From: a virus
Lineage: Duplodnaviria; Caudoviricetes
DNA length: 64,000 nucleotides
Strand: one strand, 5' to 3'
IMG/VR virus record: IMGVR_UViG_3300028844_006787
Shown here: positions 28,959 through 39,982 of the stretch, piece after piece
How the letters are laid out: every line of letters starts with the position of its first letter
Numbering within the stretch: position 1 is the first letter of the stretch
Made by a program: the position numbers and the translations under genes
Notes under the pieces: model-generated
Told to the model about the DNA's origin: nothing
Databases searched by the model: none
The model's input: the letters and a program-made list of their open reading frames with translations, nothing else

Positions 28959-29479
28959 AATAATTTTGTAACGGTTCTTGCAAGAGCATGAACTTTTGTT
29001 CCACCAACCGCAGTTCTTAATGAATTAACTGAACTTTGCATAAACTCTGAATCTTTAATTAAATCAAATACTTCTATTCCAGCATTGAATGCCATAAGTA
29101 ACACAACTAGTGCAAACAGAATATGAGTTACTTTATTGATTTGCTTTTCATCTTTGGTAAATAAACCCACTGCTTTGCGAATCGGAAACATAAATCGTTT
29201 ATCGTTTGCTTTAACAAAGTTTTCAATTTTCTCTGCAGCTGCTTGCCCTTTACCAAATTCGTATTTTTTGCTTATGCGTTTTACAAGTTTGCTTAATAGT
29301 CCCATGATACCATTGCTTAACATTACATAAGCAACGATACTTAATACTACTTCGTTTAGTTGTTCTTGATTTTCAAGTTCGTCTTTTAATTCTTTTGCAA
29401 GTTCGTCCGCAATATCAACAAACTCATTTCCAAGTTTGCTTTCTAATTGTATTTCGGAAACTAAACTACCAAGTTTCAT
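28955..29479 (-). CDS. hypothetical protein with hydrophobic helices after an LNE site
   Basis: MKLGSLVSEIQLE leader, QLNE, two hydrophobic segments. Confidence 0.65.
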   Translation of the reverse strand: MKLGSLVSEIQLESKLGNEFVDIADELAKELKDELENQEQLNEVVLSIVAYVMLSNGIMGLLSKLVKRISKKYEFGKGQAAAEKIENFVKANDKRFMFPIRKAVGLFTKDEKQINKVTHILFALVVLLMAFNAGIEVFDLIKDSEFMQSSVNSLRTAVGGTKVHALARTVTKLL

Positions 29480-30073
29480 TTACCAATAGGTATTTTGATT
29501 ATCACCCATTCCAAGTTGCTTTGCATATCGTGGAAGATTGCAAGACCAATATCCAGGAGAGGTTCTATCTTTCTTGGTTGAACATTTATGACGGTCTGCA
29601 AATGCTTTGCGTCTTTCTGGATCTTTGAACTTCACACTAAGACCTGTGGTATCTCCAAAAGAAACTTTACGAACATTACCACTTTTTGGGTCTTTAACAT
29701 AAACATAAAACTTTTTATCTCCACCACGTTTTGGTTTATTAAGTTCAACATCTTTGCCTTGGTATTCAACTTCGTGAATTTGAAATGGACAATCCAATGG
29801 AACTCGTTTTCCTTCATATTCACCCCATGTTCCAATATCAGTATTTTCAATTAAATGTTTATCAACTTCACTCAACTGAATTTTATTTTTAGCATTAAGT
29901 TTTCTTGCTTCTTCAAATAAATCAATATATGAATCTGAACCATAACGAAATACTCCTTCTACTAGAGTAGAATGATTATCAAGATGAAATTGAAGATGCT
30001 TGGATGTTGATTGAATATTAAGAAGATTGTGAATTTCTTCTTTAATAACTGATTTTAGTTTTGCGATTTTCAT
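29480..30073 (-). CDS. leader-bearing two-module protein
   Basis: MKIAKLKSVIKEEI leader; C-terminal EYQGKDVELNKPKRGG...KVSFGD...RRKAFADRHKC...GYWSC module. Confidence 0.8.
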   Translation of the reverse strand: MKIAKLKSVIKEEIHNLLNIQSTSKHLQFHLDNHSTLVEGVFRYGSDSYIDLFEEARKLNAKNKIQLSEVDKHLIENTDIGTWGEYEGKRVPLDCPFQIHEVEYQGKDVELNKPKRGGDKKFYVYVKDPKSGNVRKVSFGDTTGLSVKFKDPERRKAFADRHKCSTKKDRTSPGYWSCNLPRYAKQLGMGDNQNTYW

Positions 30074-30145
30074 GTGAATATATATATTTTGTTGAGTTAC
30101 TTTTATATCACCTACCTGTGTATTTTACAATATAAGTTTTCATTT

Positions 30146-30616
30146 TCAATCTACATTTACAAAGTCTAATGCTTTTGCAACATTTACATCAAGAATTCGT
30201 GTGATTTTATTATCGTTGATGCTTACACATTGTTTACCAGGTCGTCCTGAAATTTCACAAGTACGACTTGACCAAGTTTCCACAAGATTTTTGAGTTCTT
30301 TTAATCTTGATTGTAAGTCATTTTCAACTTTTTCATTTGGATTTGCACCAACCCACTCAACATCAAATTCGAGTGTTAAACGACCACCCCACTCTTGACG
30401 AAGCATTTTGGAAATGCTAACTTTGCATTCCATTTTGCCATCTTCTGTATGATTATATCCCCAATGAATAATGTTTATGCGATCTTTAATATGATAACAA
30501 ATCGTATCAATAATAACAAACCATCCATCATCCACGGGTAATCCCGATGGAAAATCATTTTTATTTAATACTGCAAAATGTTCTTGGAATAACTTATTCT
30601 CAAGAGTTTTATTCAT
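30146..30616 (-). CDS. conserved phage hypothetical protein
   Basis: DGWF.II..IC...GGRL...TCEISGRPG. Confidence 0.65.
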   Translation of the reverse strand: MNKTLENKLFQEHFAVLNKNDFPSGLPVDDGWFVIIDTICYHIKDRINIIHWGYNHTEDGKMECKVSISKMLRQEWGGRLTLEFDVEWVGANPNEKVENDLQSRLKELKNLVETWSSRTCEISGRPGKQCVSINDNKITRILDVNVAKALDFVNVD

Positions 30617-31036
30617 TTGCTAGTAACACAACTCCAATTCAATGGTTCGTTGTTACCCAAATCACAAGCAATTTCAATGTTGCTGATATGATGCCATGCT
30701 TCTTCTGCTACACCTGTGGTTTTCTTGAATTCATCGTCAAGAAAACTTTTTTTAATAAAATTAGCAATAACTGAGATGTCTTCTTGAATACACTCTAGTC
30801 TATGCAGATATTCTGTCTCTTTGGTTTTCATCTATTTTATATTTTTTTCTAAGTGCTTCGTAAGCATCCCACATTTTCAAATAACGAAATTTGTGCATTT
30901 CAATTACACCAATAAGCATATTCATTAATTGATCTTCCGTTGGTGTAACTTTACAATCTCCGATGCTATACAAAATAGTTTCAAGTTCATCTTGTAAAGC
31001 AGCCATATCTGCCATATCTGCTTCAAGTTGTTCCAT
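30613..31036 (-). CDS. two small hypothetical proteins (30613..30831, 30800..31036)
   Basis: Overlapping coupled ORFs in one operon. Confidence 0.55.
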
Positions 31037-31319
31037 TTCGTTTTATTGCCTCTTTTACTGCTGTTTCTGCTAACTCATTGAAACTCATATTGTTTTCGTG
31101 AGCATATTTCAAATACTTTACATAATCTTCTTCGTCAAGTTCAAGTTCAACCGTTTGATATTTTACTTTACGACAAAGCACACCATTTTCAGTTTCTTCC
31201 CATTTTAAATCGTCACCTGGTTTCCATCCAAGATTTTTCATTAAAACATCAGGTAGTTCAAAAAAGAATTCATCAGTTTCTGAATCTTTTTGTATTGGTA
31301 TTTCATATAGATTACTCAT
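31023..31319 (-). CDS. AbrB/MazE/SpoVT-like DNA-binding protein
   Basis: FFELPDVLMKNLGWKPGDDLKWE motif; possible RHH-like C-terminus. Confidence 0.7.
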   Translation of the reverse strand: MSNLYEIPIQKDSETDEFFFELPDVLMKNLGWKPGDDLKWEETENGVLCRKVKYQTVELELDEEDYVKYLKYAHENNMSFNELAETAVKEAIKRNGTT

Positions 31320-32065
31320 CGTGCATATCTTTTGTTATGTGTTTATTGTCTTCGTTTAATACAAAACTTTCATCTTCCCAACGATTTGAATATTTGTTGA
31401 ACTTTTCTACTTTCAGAATCTCAAATTCCCATTTACGATGCTTTGCCATTTCAATCTGAAATTCTATTGCTTGATTTGCATCTTCACACATATAATAATG
31501 ATAACTAGGAATTGTAGCATTCTTGGTAAGATATTTTATCCGATACTCGTGTATCGGTATTTGACTATATCTTTTTTTATTCACTTTTTTTCTCTTGAAA
31601 CTATTTTTACGGTAATGTGGTGATCATCAACTTCCTTTGATACCTCAAGAGTTACTTTATTGTAACTTCTTTTGTCAGACCAAAATAATCCATTGATGAT
31701 ATGCGATATACTACTTGGATGTAATCCTGAATGAATTACATTCTCCATATATGGATCTTCAGCAACTCTTGCTATAACTTCTTCTACTTTGATATTCGTA
31801 AAAGTACCGTCCTCGTTTTCTGATTCGTAATTCATGCTTCTTGCACTAAATTTCTAATTTCGTTTAATGCTTCAGATACTGCCTCGGAACGTTGATATAA
31901 TACTTCATATTCGTTCTTTTCGGAATTAAGCATATCTGCACGACCCTCGTGGTTTGCACGTTTAAGTGCTTCGGTTAGAAATCTACCTGCTTCATCATCC
32001 AAACGAGTAGCAATATTTTCTAGTTTTTTAATAACTGACTTTTGTGTTTCACTTTGAATAATCAT
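31312..32065 (-). CDS. three small hypothetical proteins (31312..31584, 31581..31835, 31832..32065)
   Basis: ATGA-coupled ORFs downstream of TTGACA-N17-TATTAT. Confidence 0.6.
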
Positions 32066-32105
32066 AATATAATATAATAAATTTAAAAAAAGGTCTTGTC
32101 AAGAT

Positions 32106-33266
32106 TTATTCATAATCACGAAAAGCAATCGCATAAGGAAATCTTGGAATTCCATCGGGTGTTAATTCAAAGTATTTAATAGTTGCTTGTTTACCAATAT
32201 ACTTTTCTTTGTTTTCAAGAATTTCCGCAAGATACTCATGCGTTCCTTTAATGTTACTATTGAAAATCTTACCTGTCGTTTCATCTTTGCAAACAAGATG
32301 CTTTGCAGTTCCAATGCGATTTCCGTCACCTTCGTGAATATCAATTACAAGATACTCTGAATCAGTGAAGTCTTTTCGTTTAAGCAACAACTTGCTTCGT
32401 TTGTTTTCATACGCACCATTCACACGAACAATTTGCCCTTCGTATCCGAATTCCATGTAAGTGTCGTAATGCTCATCAAGTTCTTTTTCACTTCCAACAA
32501 TTGCAGTTTTAACAATTACGCAACTTTCTGTCTGTGGAAATTCACAACCAAAAAACCTTGTATGAAAATCATCAGTTTCTTTGAACACTCCGTTGCGTGG
32601 AACATCATAAATCCAATACTGAATTTTAGATTTTGCTTCTGCAAGTGCTTCTGTGAACTTCTCTTGTTTCTTTGCGAAAGTTTTGTCGGTATCTTTTTCA
32701 CTACGAACTGGTTTCATTTTACGAACCAACGAAATGATTTTGTTAAAGTCATTTTTATAGTCGTGATTATACAATTCACCATCAAGTATTGTATTTGGAT
32801 TTTCATCAAACACAGGTTGCAACTCTGCTAAAATGTGAGGAACTGTATCAATGGGTTTTCCTTGACGAGACTTAGCAACCAATTCTCCGTCCTGCATATA
32901 CACAATACAACGCACTCCGTCTAACTTTGGTTGTGAATACAAAGGATAATTTAACCCACTTACTCTATCTTCGTATTTCTGAGCAAGCATTGGGTTATAC
33001 AATGTAATTTTATCTACATCCTCAATGTTTTCCACATAACCTTTATCAAGATACTTGGTGTACTTTGCTTTTGCTTCTAGTATTGCTTGTTCAGTGGCAG
33101 TTGTTGCATTTGCACGACCTTCATTCTTGGGAGTCGTGGTAGTGGGTTTGTTAACGACAATTTTACCACCTACTTGTCCTTGTTCAGTCCAAAAGGTATT
33201 ATCTTTTACTCTGATCGTCCATTGACGAATTTTACCTGTTGTATCTAATTTATATAGAGTTTGCAT
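32106..33266 (-). CDS. lig: ATP-dependent DNA ligase
   Basis: QPKLDGVRC (motif I), LDGELY (III), YDV, GYEGQIVR (IV), LLKRKDF (V), GIPRFP (VI). Confidence 0.96.
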   Translation of the reverse strand: MQTLYKLDTTGKIRQWTIRVKDNTFWTEQGQVGGKIVVNKPTTTTPKNEGRANATTATEQAILEAKAKYTKYLDKGYVENIEDVDKITLYNPMLAQKYEDRVSGLNYPLYSQPKLDGVRCIVYMQDGELVAKSRQGKPIDTVPHILAELQPVFDENPNTILDGELYNHDYKNDFNKIISLVRKMKPVRSEKDTDKTFAKKQEKFTEALAEAKSKIQYWIYDVPRNGVFKETDDFHTRFFGCEFPQTESCVIVKTAIVGSEKELDEHYDTYMEFGYEGQIVRVNGAYENKRSKLLLKRKDFTDSEYLVIDIHEGDGNRIGTAKHLVCKDETTGKIFNSNIKGTHEYLAEILENKEKYIGKQATIKYFELTPDGIPRFPYAIAFRDYE

Positions 33267-33637
33267 CTTTTTTATTATCTTTGTTTTTTACTATTTTGAA
33301 ATTGCTTGTTCCGACATTTTTAAAATGAACCTGATAACCATCATGCCATATTGTAATTTGGTCACCCTTTTTTAGTTCAATCGTTAAATTGCGTAGAACT
33401 CGGTGAAGTTTATTATTTGGTTTCGTTTGTGACATTTATTATCTCCGTTTCCCAATATCTGCACGGGAGATATCCCAAGTCAGATTGTTTCCATTTGTTA
33501 ATCACCTCATGTGGGTATCCATTTTCAATTAACCATTCGGTAACATCCTTACCTTCAAGTTCGTTTGGTAGTATCTTTGGAAATCCATATTTCCACCCTC
33601 CATCAGGATCAATCATTGTTACTTTTTTCATAAACAT
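33250..33637 (-). CDS. two small hypothetical proteins (33250..33435, 33413..33637)
   Basis: Coupled ORFs; IDPDGGWKYGFPK motif in the second. Confidence 0.55.
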
Positions 33638-33658
33638 ATTAAATCAAAATTTGTTTAC

Positions 33659-33997
33659 CTACGCAAGACCAAGTTTAATATCTTCTTTGTAATTTAGTAT
33701 ACCAAACAATGTTTGCCTACCTAGTGAAAACGAATTACTTTCGGCATTATGAAAAGTATTCTCTGTAATAAATTGCTCGGTATCAAGACACAGATTAGGA
33801 TACTCGTTTGCAGTCGCAATAGTTTCTTCTCCGTTTCTTGCTTGGTTTACATCAATTTCATACACAAGCAACTCTCCGTGGATTCTGTGGGCATTAGATG
33901 CCAACCAACGATAACAAGCACTTTTATCACCGTAAGAAGGGGATTTCGCAGTTTTACGAACTCCCTTAAAAGTTGCTTTGTAAAGTTTTTCAGACAT
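33659..33997 (-). CDS. hypothetical protein, paralog of 33990..34373
   Basis: SPSYGDKSAC...HRIHGELLVYEID versus SPIFKTKQAA...HRVVEDLQLLEID. Confidence 0.65.
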   Translation of the reverse strand: MSEKLYKATFKGVRKTAKSPSYGDKSACYRWLASNAHRIHGELLVYEIDVNQARNGEETIATANEYPNLCLDTEQFITENTFHNAESNSFSLGRQTLFGILNYKEDIKLGLA

Positions 33998-34373
33998 TTG
34001 CCATGTTGGTCAGATTAGCAATCTTGGTAAATGGAATACTAAACGCATTCATAGAATAAAAAGAGTTTTCTTCACGATCACTTTGACCGATTGAGTTGAA
34101 TACATACTCGTTAGGGTCTTCACCTTCAGTCATACGAAATCCTACTTTTGCAGTATCAATATAAAGTCGTTGTACAACTGCATTTTCGTTGTTAACAATT
34201 CTATCTAAATCAATTTCAAGAAGTTGTAAATCTTCAACAACACGATGACCTTCACGAACAACGTAGTTTGCGGCTGCTTGTTTAGTTTTAAAAATTGGTG
34301 AATTTACATGAGTTCTAGTTCCCCAAAACTGAACGATATATGCTTTTCGTGTTTCTACCATTTCCATTGTCAT
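33990..34373 (-). CDS. hypothetical protein
   Basis: First gene after early promoter 34407-34435. Confidence 0.65.
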   Translation of the reverse strand: MTMEMVETRKAYIVQFWGTRTHVNSPIFKTKQAAANYVVREGHRVVEDLQLLEIDLDRIVNNENAVVQRLYIDTAKVGFRMTEGEDPNEYVFNSIGQSDREENSFYSMNAFSIPFTKIANLTNMANV

Positions 34374-34406
34374 TTTTATTTCTCTCGTAATTTATCTTAT
34401 AGAAAT

Positions 34407-34435
34407 ACCCTACCAAAATTATTATAATAAGTCAA
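34407..34435 (-). promoter_or_regulatory. conserved early promoter copy
   Basis: TTGACT-TATTATAATAATTTTGG-TAGGGT. Confidence 0.8.
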
Positions 34436-34438
34436 GTA

Positions 34439-35087
34439 TTATTTGCGTTTAAGTTTACTTCTAATGGAATTTAGTTCTTTAAAATTATTGGATATAATCA
34501 AAATCAATGATTCAGCAACTTTATAGTGATTTTGTGCAATTGCGTTTTGTAATCTGTAATTAGATAACTGAATTATATTCTTTAACTGCCGAATACGTTG
34601 TCGTGCTTGCGTTTTGTTTCTATTCATTACTTAATAGTTTTGTATTTGCGTTTTCCACCATAATAGTATTCAGTTTGAATATTGGTGAAATTCATATCAT
34701 CGGCAATTCTAAGAGCAAGTGCTTCTGCTTCTTTGCGAGTATAACCAAACAAAGCATTATCGTTTGCGTCATACATAAGTCCTTTGTTTTCGTTGGTAAG
34801 AACCCAAGTGGAACTTCCTGTTTGAACGAAATGTTTGATAGTTACATTCATTAATTATTGATTGCAGTAAATCCAACCGACTCAAGAATATCACGAACTC
34901 GTTCACGATCAAATGAATCACCAACAAACTCAACATCAGTTCGTCTTGCAACTAAATTACAAGCATGAACAAAGTCAAGATGAGATACATTTTTCAAAGG
35001 ATAAATCGCATCATCTCCAAAATAGAAACCCTTGCAATAATTAATAAACTCATTTAATATTTTTTCACTCATATTTGTTTCTCTCAT
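34439..35087 (-). CDS. three small early hypothetical proteins (34439..34627, 34627..34851, 34851..35087)
   Basis: TAATG-coupled cassette beginning MRET-. Confidence 0.6.
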
Positions 35088-35096
35088 TATTTGTAT

Positions 35097-35125
35097 AGAT
35101 TACCAAAAATATTATAAAAAGTCAA
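35097..35125 (-). promoter_or_regulatory. conserved early promoter copy
   Basis: TTGACT-TTTTATAATATTTTTGG-TAATCT, ATG 9 nt downstream. Confidence 0.85.
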
Positions 35126-35961
35126 GCATTAAATTCCTCAACATTTCTTAATTCAAGGATTTTTTCCAACTTGTTTCCATCGGGTTCTGTATTCAATTCA
35201 AGTATCCAATTCTTGGTTCCTGTGATAGGTTCAAATGACTCATCCCAATATTCTTGAACAAATCCAAGTGAATCTGCTTCAAGTATTTTAAATATTCTAA
35301 CATATGATCCATGATACTGATTGTTGTACCTTACGGTTCTTGGTTTGTGATTTTTAATTAGTAGTTTCATATGTGATTTAGAATCCAATCTACGATGTCG
35401 TAGTTGCTACGATATGCTTCTGCACTATTGTGATGTGTTATGTGACCATCGTTACCACGAATCGTAAGAATAGTAGCAGAACGAGTTGCTCCATCAATGC
35501 AGTATCTACCGGTGCGTGTGCTTGATGTGTGGTAACTACTGCGAACGTTGGCAGTATATCCATCAATAAACTCATTGATGATACTCGCAAGAGTTTTAAG
35601 TCTTGGACATCTTATCGTTTTGGTGGAATCCCATTTTTGGGAACGAGCAGAATTTAATTTTTTTAATACTTCATCTCTCTCAAGCATACCTATATTCAAT
35701 CATAGATATTATAAAAAGTCAAGCAATTAAAGCAGTCTTCTGATTATTTTCTTCTATTATTTCCACCGAATTCGCAAATCCACGCATAACGCAATGTGGT
35801 TGCGATTTCTGAGTATGAGATTCTATCGGTACATTTATCTTCAAATGATTTACAGGTATACAAGAGTTCTTCCAATGCACCGTTAGTACATTGCGATTTT
35901 GTTTACGACTTTCAGGTTTATTATAGTGAAAGAAAAATCTTTTAGGTTTCTTCGTTTCCAT
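35122..35961 (-). CDS. three small hypothetical proteins (35122..~35370, 35367..~35688, 35719..35961)
   Basis: Co-oriented ORFs; FFFHYNKPES..LTVHWK motif in the last. Confidence 0.55.
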
Positions 35962-36203
35962 CGTTATTTAAAGTCGGCAAATATTCAGGTAGTTGCTCGT
36001 CTAATAGTTTTTTGACTTTCTTTAAATCTTCGTGTTTTAACATTCTAGAAAGTGAATCTTCATTGAGATTATTCACAACTCTTAGTGCATTTGAGACTTC
36101 TATATATAAATTCATTACTAAATAACCATAAATTTAATTTTGTATTTTGTCAAATTTAATTTTAATAAGTGCTTCTTTAAAAGTTTGTATTGCCACGAAG
36201 TCA

Positions 36204-36959
36204 TCATAATTTATTTTTATTATAAAATTCATATCCTTTTATCAAATACTTCCTAAGAGGTTTGTATTCCCACGGAAACTTGGGAGGATTCTGAATATCC
36301 CAAATAACCTCGTTTGGATTAATACTTGCAGCCAAGAAACCGAATCCTTTGTATCCAGCAACATAACATTTGGCAGTTGCAAGACTAATGAAATCTTCAT
36401 CTACACCCCTAGATACAAATTTACAAGTAAGATTCAGTTCCTCTATTTTATTTTTTAATGTTTCTAAATAATTATTTGATTTATCAATGAGATCAGTTTT
36501 AATAAAACTTTTATGATTTCCATAAAATAACAAGCAATTTTTAAATCGTGTGTGAAGATTATATTTTTTTATTATTTTTATAAAAGTATCCAAATCAGGA
36601 GTACCTTTTTGGTTTATTGCATCAAAGACTCTAATATGAATAGCAAAAGTATCTTCATCTGCGATCCGTGAGCATCTTTTTTTAACAATATCAAGTAAGC
36701 ATTTGTAGTCAATTTCACACGGGTCTACTTCAAATGTTTTCGCACATTTTAGTGGATTGGAGATATTTGGATATTGCTCTGACAATTGTTTGTGCCACCC
36801 TTTAAAAAATCTTTTTTTATGAGGTAAGATGTAGTATGGAGGACCTTGTTTGACTAGGTATTCATATCCTATTGTGCCTTTCAAGTTTAAGTTGAGTCCA
36901 TGAATTTGTTTAAATCTTATCATATCACCTAAATTATACATATCATTCTCCAAATTCAT
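36204..36959 (-). CDS. GT11-like glycosyltransferase, paralog of 11687..12364
   Basis: YNLGD, AIHIRVFD, DEDFISLATAKCYV..GF. Confidence 0.55.
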   Translation of the reverse strand: MNLENDMYNLGDMIRFKQIHGLNLNLKGTIGYEYLVKQGPPYYILPHKKRFFKGWHKQLSEQYPNISNPLKCAKTFEVDPCEIDYKCLLDIVKKRCSRIADEDTFAIHIRVFDAINQKGTPDLDTFIKIIKKYNLHTRFKNCLLFYGNHKSFIKTDLIDKSNNYLETLKNKIEELNLTCKFVSRGVDEDFISLATAKCYVAGYKGFGFLAASINPNEVIWDIQNPPKFPWEYKPLRKYLIKGYEFYNKNKL

Positions 36960-37636
36960 GCACCTTTTAAAAATTTATTGACATTGTATCTGCTATGTAA
37001 AATTATACTATTCTCGTCAATATCATTTCTCCAATTAAAAGTTTTTTTTATTTTTTGGAATTTAATTTTCATCGTATACAAACAATATCTAAATGCTCCT
37101 TGGTCAAGATGATTTTCGTAATTTTTAACAAAAAAGTTTAACCATCGTTTCATCAATCTTAATACTGTTTCGTTGGTATTTAAATATAATACTCCTGTGT
37201 TTAATTCCGTAAAATTTTTTGGTATTTTAACAAATTTACCAATGGAATCTATCTCACGTGAACTTGGACCGTATGGTACATTTGCTTGAACTCCTACTAC
37301 ATCAAATTCAGTCAGCATATCAAACGGAATCATAAAATCGTTTTTTAATATCACTGCGTCACTATCAATAAACAAAATCTTTTCATATTTTTTGTTTTTT
37401 AACAAAGTAATGATTCCATGTATTTTATATGCATGACCCTTTTTCTTTGAATAATTATTTGCCTCAACAACGACATCGTCAAATACTTTTTCTTTATTTT
37501 TATACTCAGCATCTGTATGCAATATCAGATCGCATTGTTTAGGAATAAATTGTTTGGAATACGTCGCACAACGCTCTGCTAAGTTGACGAACCCACGACC
37601 ATGTGCTGAATATAATATACAAATCTTTTTTTTCAT
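36956..37636 (-). CDS. nucleotide-diphospho-sugar transferase (GT-A fold, GT8/GT77-like)
   Basis: ILFIDSDA (DxD), ELNTGVLY, DQGAFR, FNWR. Confidence 0.8.
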   Translation of the reverse strand: MKKKICILYSAHGRGFVNLAERCATYSKQFIPKQCDLILHTDAEYKNKEKVFDDVVVEANNYSKKKGHAYKIHGIITLLKNKKYEKILFIDSDAVILKNDFMIPFDMLTEFDVVGVQANVPYGPSSREIDSIGKFVKIPKNFTELNTGVLYLNTNETVLRLMKRWLNFFVKNYENHLDQGAFRYCLYTMKIKFQKIKKTFNWRNDIDENSIILHSRYNVNKFLKGA

Positions 37637-37779
37637 ATTTTATTTTTTGTTAATTAAAAATTTAGTTTATATAAAAATAGCAAAACGATTTTCGTAAATA
37701 GCATGATCTACATCCCCATAGATAAATATTTAGGAACGGAGTTTTTTTATAAAAAAGAAGCTTCCTTATATTTATATCA

Positions 37780-38619
37780 ATGAGAAGTGAAGATGTCACA
37801 ATCACACTACCTAATAATGGTTTTTTTGCGAATTGTGCTCGTAGACTCATTTATATTATTGAATACTTTAACATAGCAAAAAAACTACCGAATAATGTTT
37901 TTGGCAAAACACAATTTAAAAGATTTAAAGATAGTCCCGAATTAGTAAATAAAGATATTACATTTAAGTATTTTACTCACTACAATGAAATAAAAACTGA
38001 TATTAAATTTAGTGAAGATATTGTATTCAATCACCGAACACAGTGGAACGATTATGATGAAATTAATTTTAATTTACTTTACCCATTCATTAAAAAATAC
38101 TTTTCATTGTCAACGGAGATATATAACGAATACAAAAAACTTCAGAATGAATATGCAATAGATTTTAAAAACACTTGTGTATTATTATACCGAGGCAATG
38201 ACAAAAAACGTGAAACAAACATCTGTTCGTATGAAGATTTTTTATCAAGAGCAAACGAAATTTATATGAAAAATAATAATGTTAAATTTTTGCTTCAAAG
38301 TGATGAAACTGAGTTTATTGATTTTTTCTCAGAAAAGTTTCCAAATAATAGTTTTTACTTTAAAGATAAAATTAGACACATCTCAAAATCAGACAAAAAA
38401 AATAATGTCGAACGAAATAATCCAGTTGGTTCTAATTTTATTTTTTCAAAATATTATTTAGCAATTACGTATCTTATGTCAAAATGTAAATATATGATAT
38501 GTCAAAGTGGCAACACTTCATTGTGGGTTCTTTTTTACAGAAATCATTTGAAAAATTTGTATGTTTTTTACGGAAGATACAACGGAGACCGTAAAATTCA
38601 GTTATGGAAAAAATATTAG
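37780..38619 (+). CDS. NodZ/GT23-like fucosyltransferase
   Basis: NGFFANC, YRGNDK (H/YxRGxDK), LLQSDE, MSKCKYMICQSGNTS; TATTTATA 3 nt upstream. Confidence 0.65.
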   Translation: MRSEDVTITLPNNGFFANCARRLIYIIEYFNIAKKLPNNVFGKTQFKRFKDSPELVNKDITFKYFTHYNEIKTDIKFSEDIVFNHRTQWNDYDEINFNLLYPFIKKYFSLSTEIYNEYKKLQNEYAIDFKNTCVLLYRGNDKKRETNICSYEDFLSRANEIYMKNNNVKFLLQSDETEFIDFFSEKFPNNSFYFKDKIRHISKSDKKNNVERNNPVGSNFIFSKYYLAITYLMSKCKYMICQSGNTSLWVLFYRNHLKNLYVFYGRYNGDRKIQLWKKY

Positions 38620-38654
38620 TATTTTTTAATAATGTTTGAGTATATCATAAAAAT

Positions 38655-39359
38655 CTATTTTTTTATAACAAGAAGCTTTCCTGTATTTGGTGCTTTGTGC
38701 CTCATGCAGGAAGTAAAAAACATAACATAACTAGCTTCTTTTTTTATTTTCTTCATCATTTCTACTGAAAGTAAATCGCTTCCGATATAACGATGTCCAT
38801 TATTAAAATATTCATTAAAGAGATCGAAGGTTTTTGGTTGATTGGGCACACCAAAGTTTATATTGCCTGGTTGCCAATGAAGATCTTCCACAATAAATAA
38901 ACCTCCTTGAGATAATTTTTCCCATAAATGTTTGATTGCGTTTTGCTGATGATAGGAGTTATGAGAGCCATCTTCTAGAATAATGTCATAGCTACTTCTA
39001 AAATCTGAAAGTCTTTGCATATCCTTATCTGAACCACTATCCCCCATAATGAAATCAAATTTTTCGTTTACTTGATGAGAAAAGTCTGAAATGTCAAATC
39101 CGACGAGATCAACCTCCCCAAAATATTCTTGCCACATCTGAACGGAGGGAGAATCTCCTCTTTTTGTTCCTCCAGGATTGCCGTGTTCGGGTCCACCTAT
39201 TTTTAGTCCAATTTCAAGAAAAGTGGGATTTTTGTCTCTAAATGGCCTGAGGAGGTCATCATAAAGCAAAGTGTAACCATGCTTACCTCTAAAAGTAGTA
39301 CCTTTATCGGAGATATATTTATTTGCTAATTGAGTTAAATTGAGTTTACATTCGTTCAT
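38655..39359 (-). CDS. class I SAM-dependent (sugar O-)methyltransferase
   Basis: SDKGT..HGYT..Y, FLEIG, GFDI, YDIILEDGSH, GGLFIVEDL. Confidence 0.85.
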   Translation of the reverse strand: MNECKLNLTQLANKYISDKGTTFRGKHGYTLLYDDLLRPFRDKNPTFLEIGLKIGGPEHGNPGGTKRGDSPSVQMWQEYFGEVDLVGFDISDFSHQVNEKFDFIMGDSGSDKDMQRLSDFRSSYDIILEDGSHNSYHQQNAIKHLWEKLSQGGLFIVEDLHWQPGNINFGVPNQPKTFDLFNEYFNNGHRYIGSDLLSVEMMKKIKKEASYVMFFTSCMRHKAPNTGKLLVIKK

Positions 39360-39368
39360 ATTGATATT

Positions 39369-39962
39369 TTATTCTCCGAATTTATAACCAAAATACTCAA
39401 TGTCTTTTGCGTATTTTTCCGCAACGATTTGTTTTGTTTCGTCATCATAGTATTCGGTATAATGTTTGTGTTTTGTTGCATTTTCGTGTGGAAGTTTTTG
39501 ATGTGGAATTCCAATTTTATCACACACAATATTAAAGTCTTCTTGGAGATTTTCAAAACGACCAATGAAATCAACTCCTATATTATCGTATTCGTCAGTA
39601 ATCCAATCAAGTTGATTAAAGTAACTAAGTTTATCATCATCAGTTTTAATCATGCTTAAATATTTTTTAAAAGATAAATACTCACAATTATTTCGTGTAG
39701 CAAATTTATACGCAGATACACTTCTATCATAAGGATTTCTTACAAATGTAAATTTGAAATAATCAAAGGGATTTCCGTTGCATTGTGAAAATAAGTTAAT
39801 TTGTCGTTTATTACTGAATCCATCGTACGGTAAAATTTTATGAAGCATTTCATGTTGTTGATCATCTTCACTATCGGAATATTTTTGCAATGCAGTTTCA
39901 ATACTTGTTCCTGCAGTTTTATTTATATGCACGAAAATAAATTTATGTGAATGACTTATCAT
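39369..39962 (-). CDS. sulfotransferase family 2 protein
   Basis: MISHSHKFIFVHINKTAGTSI, FTFVRNPYDRSVS, IGRFENLQEDF. Confidence 0.92.
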   Translation of the reverse strand: MISHSHKFIFVHINKTAGTSIETALQKYSDSEDDQQHEMLHKILPYDGFSNKRQINLFSQCNGNPFDYFKFTFVRNPYDRSVSAYKFATRNNCEYLSFKKYLSMIKTDDDKLSYFNQLDWITDEYDNIGVDFIGRFENLQEDFNIVCDKIGIPHQKLPHENATKHKHYTEYYDDETKQIVAEKYAKDIEYFGYKFGE

Positions 39963-39982
39963 AATATTAATATAAATATTAT

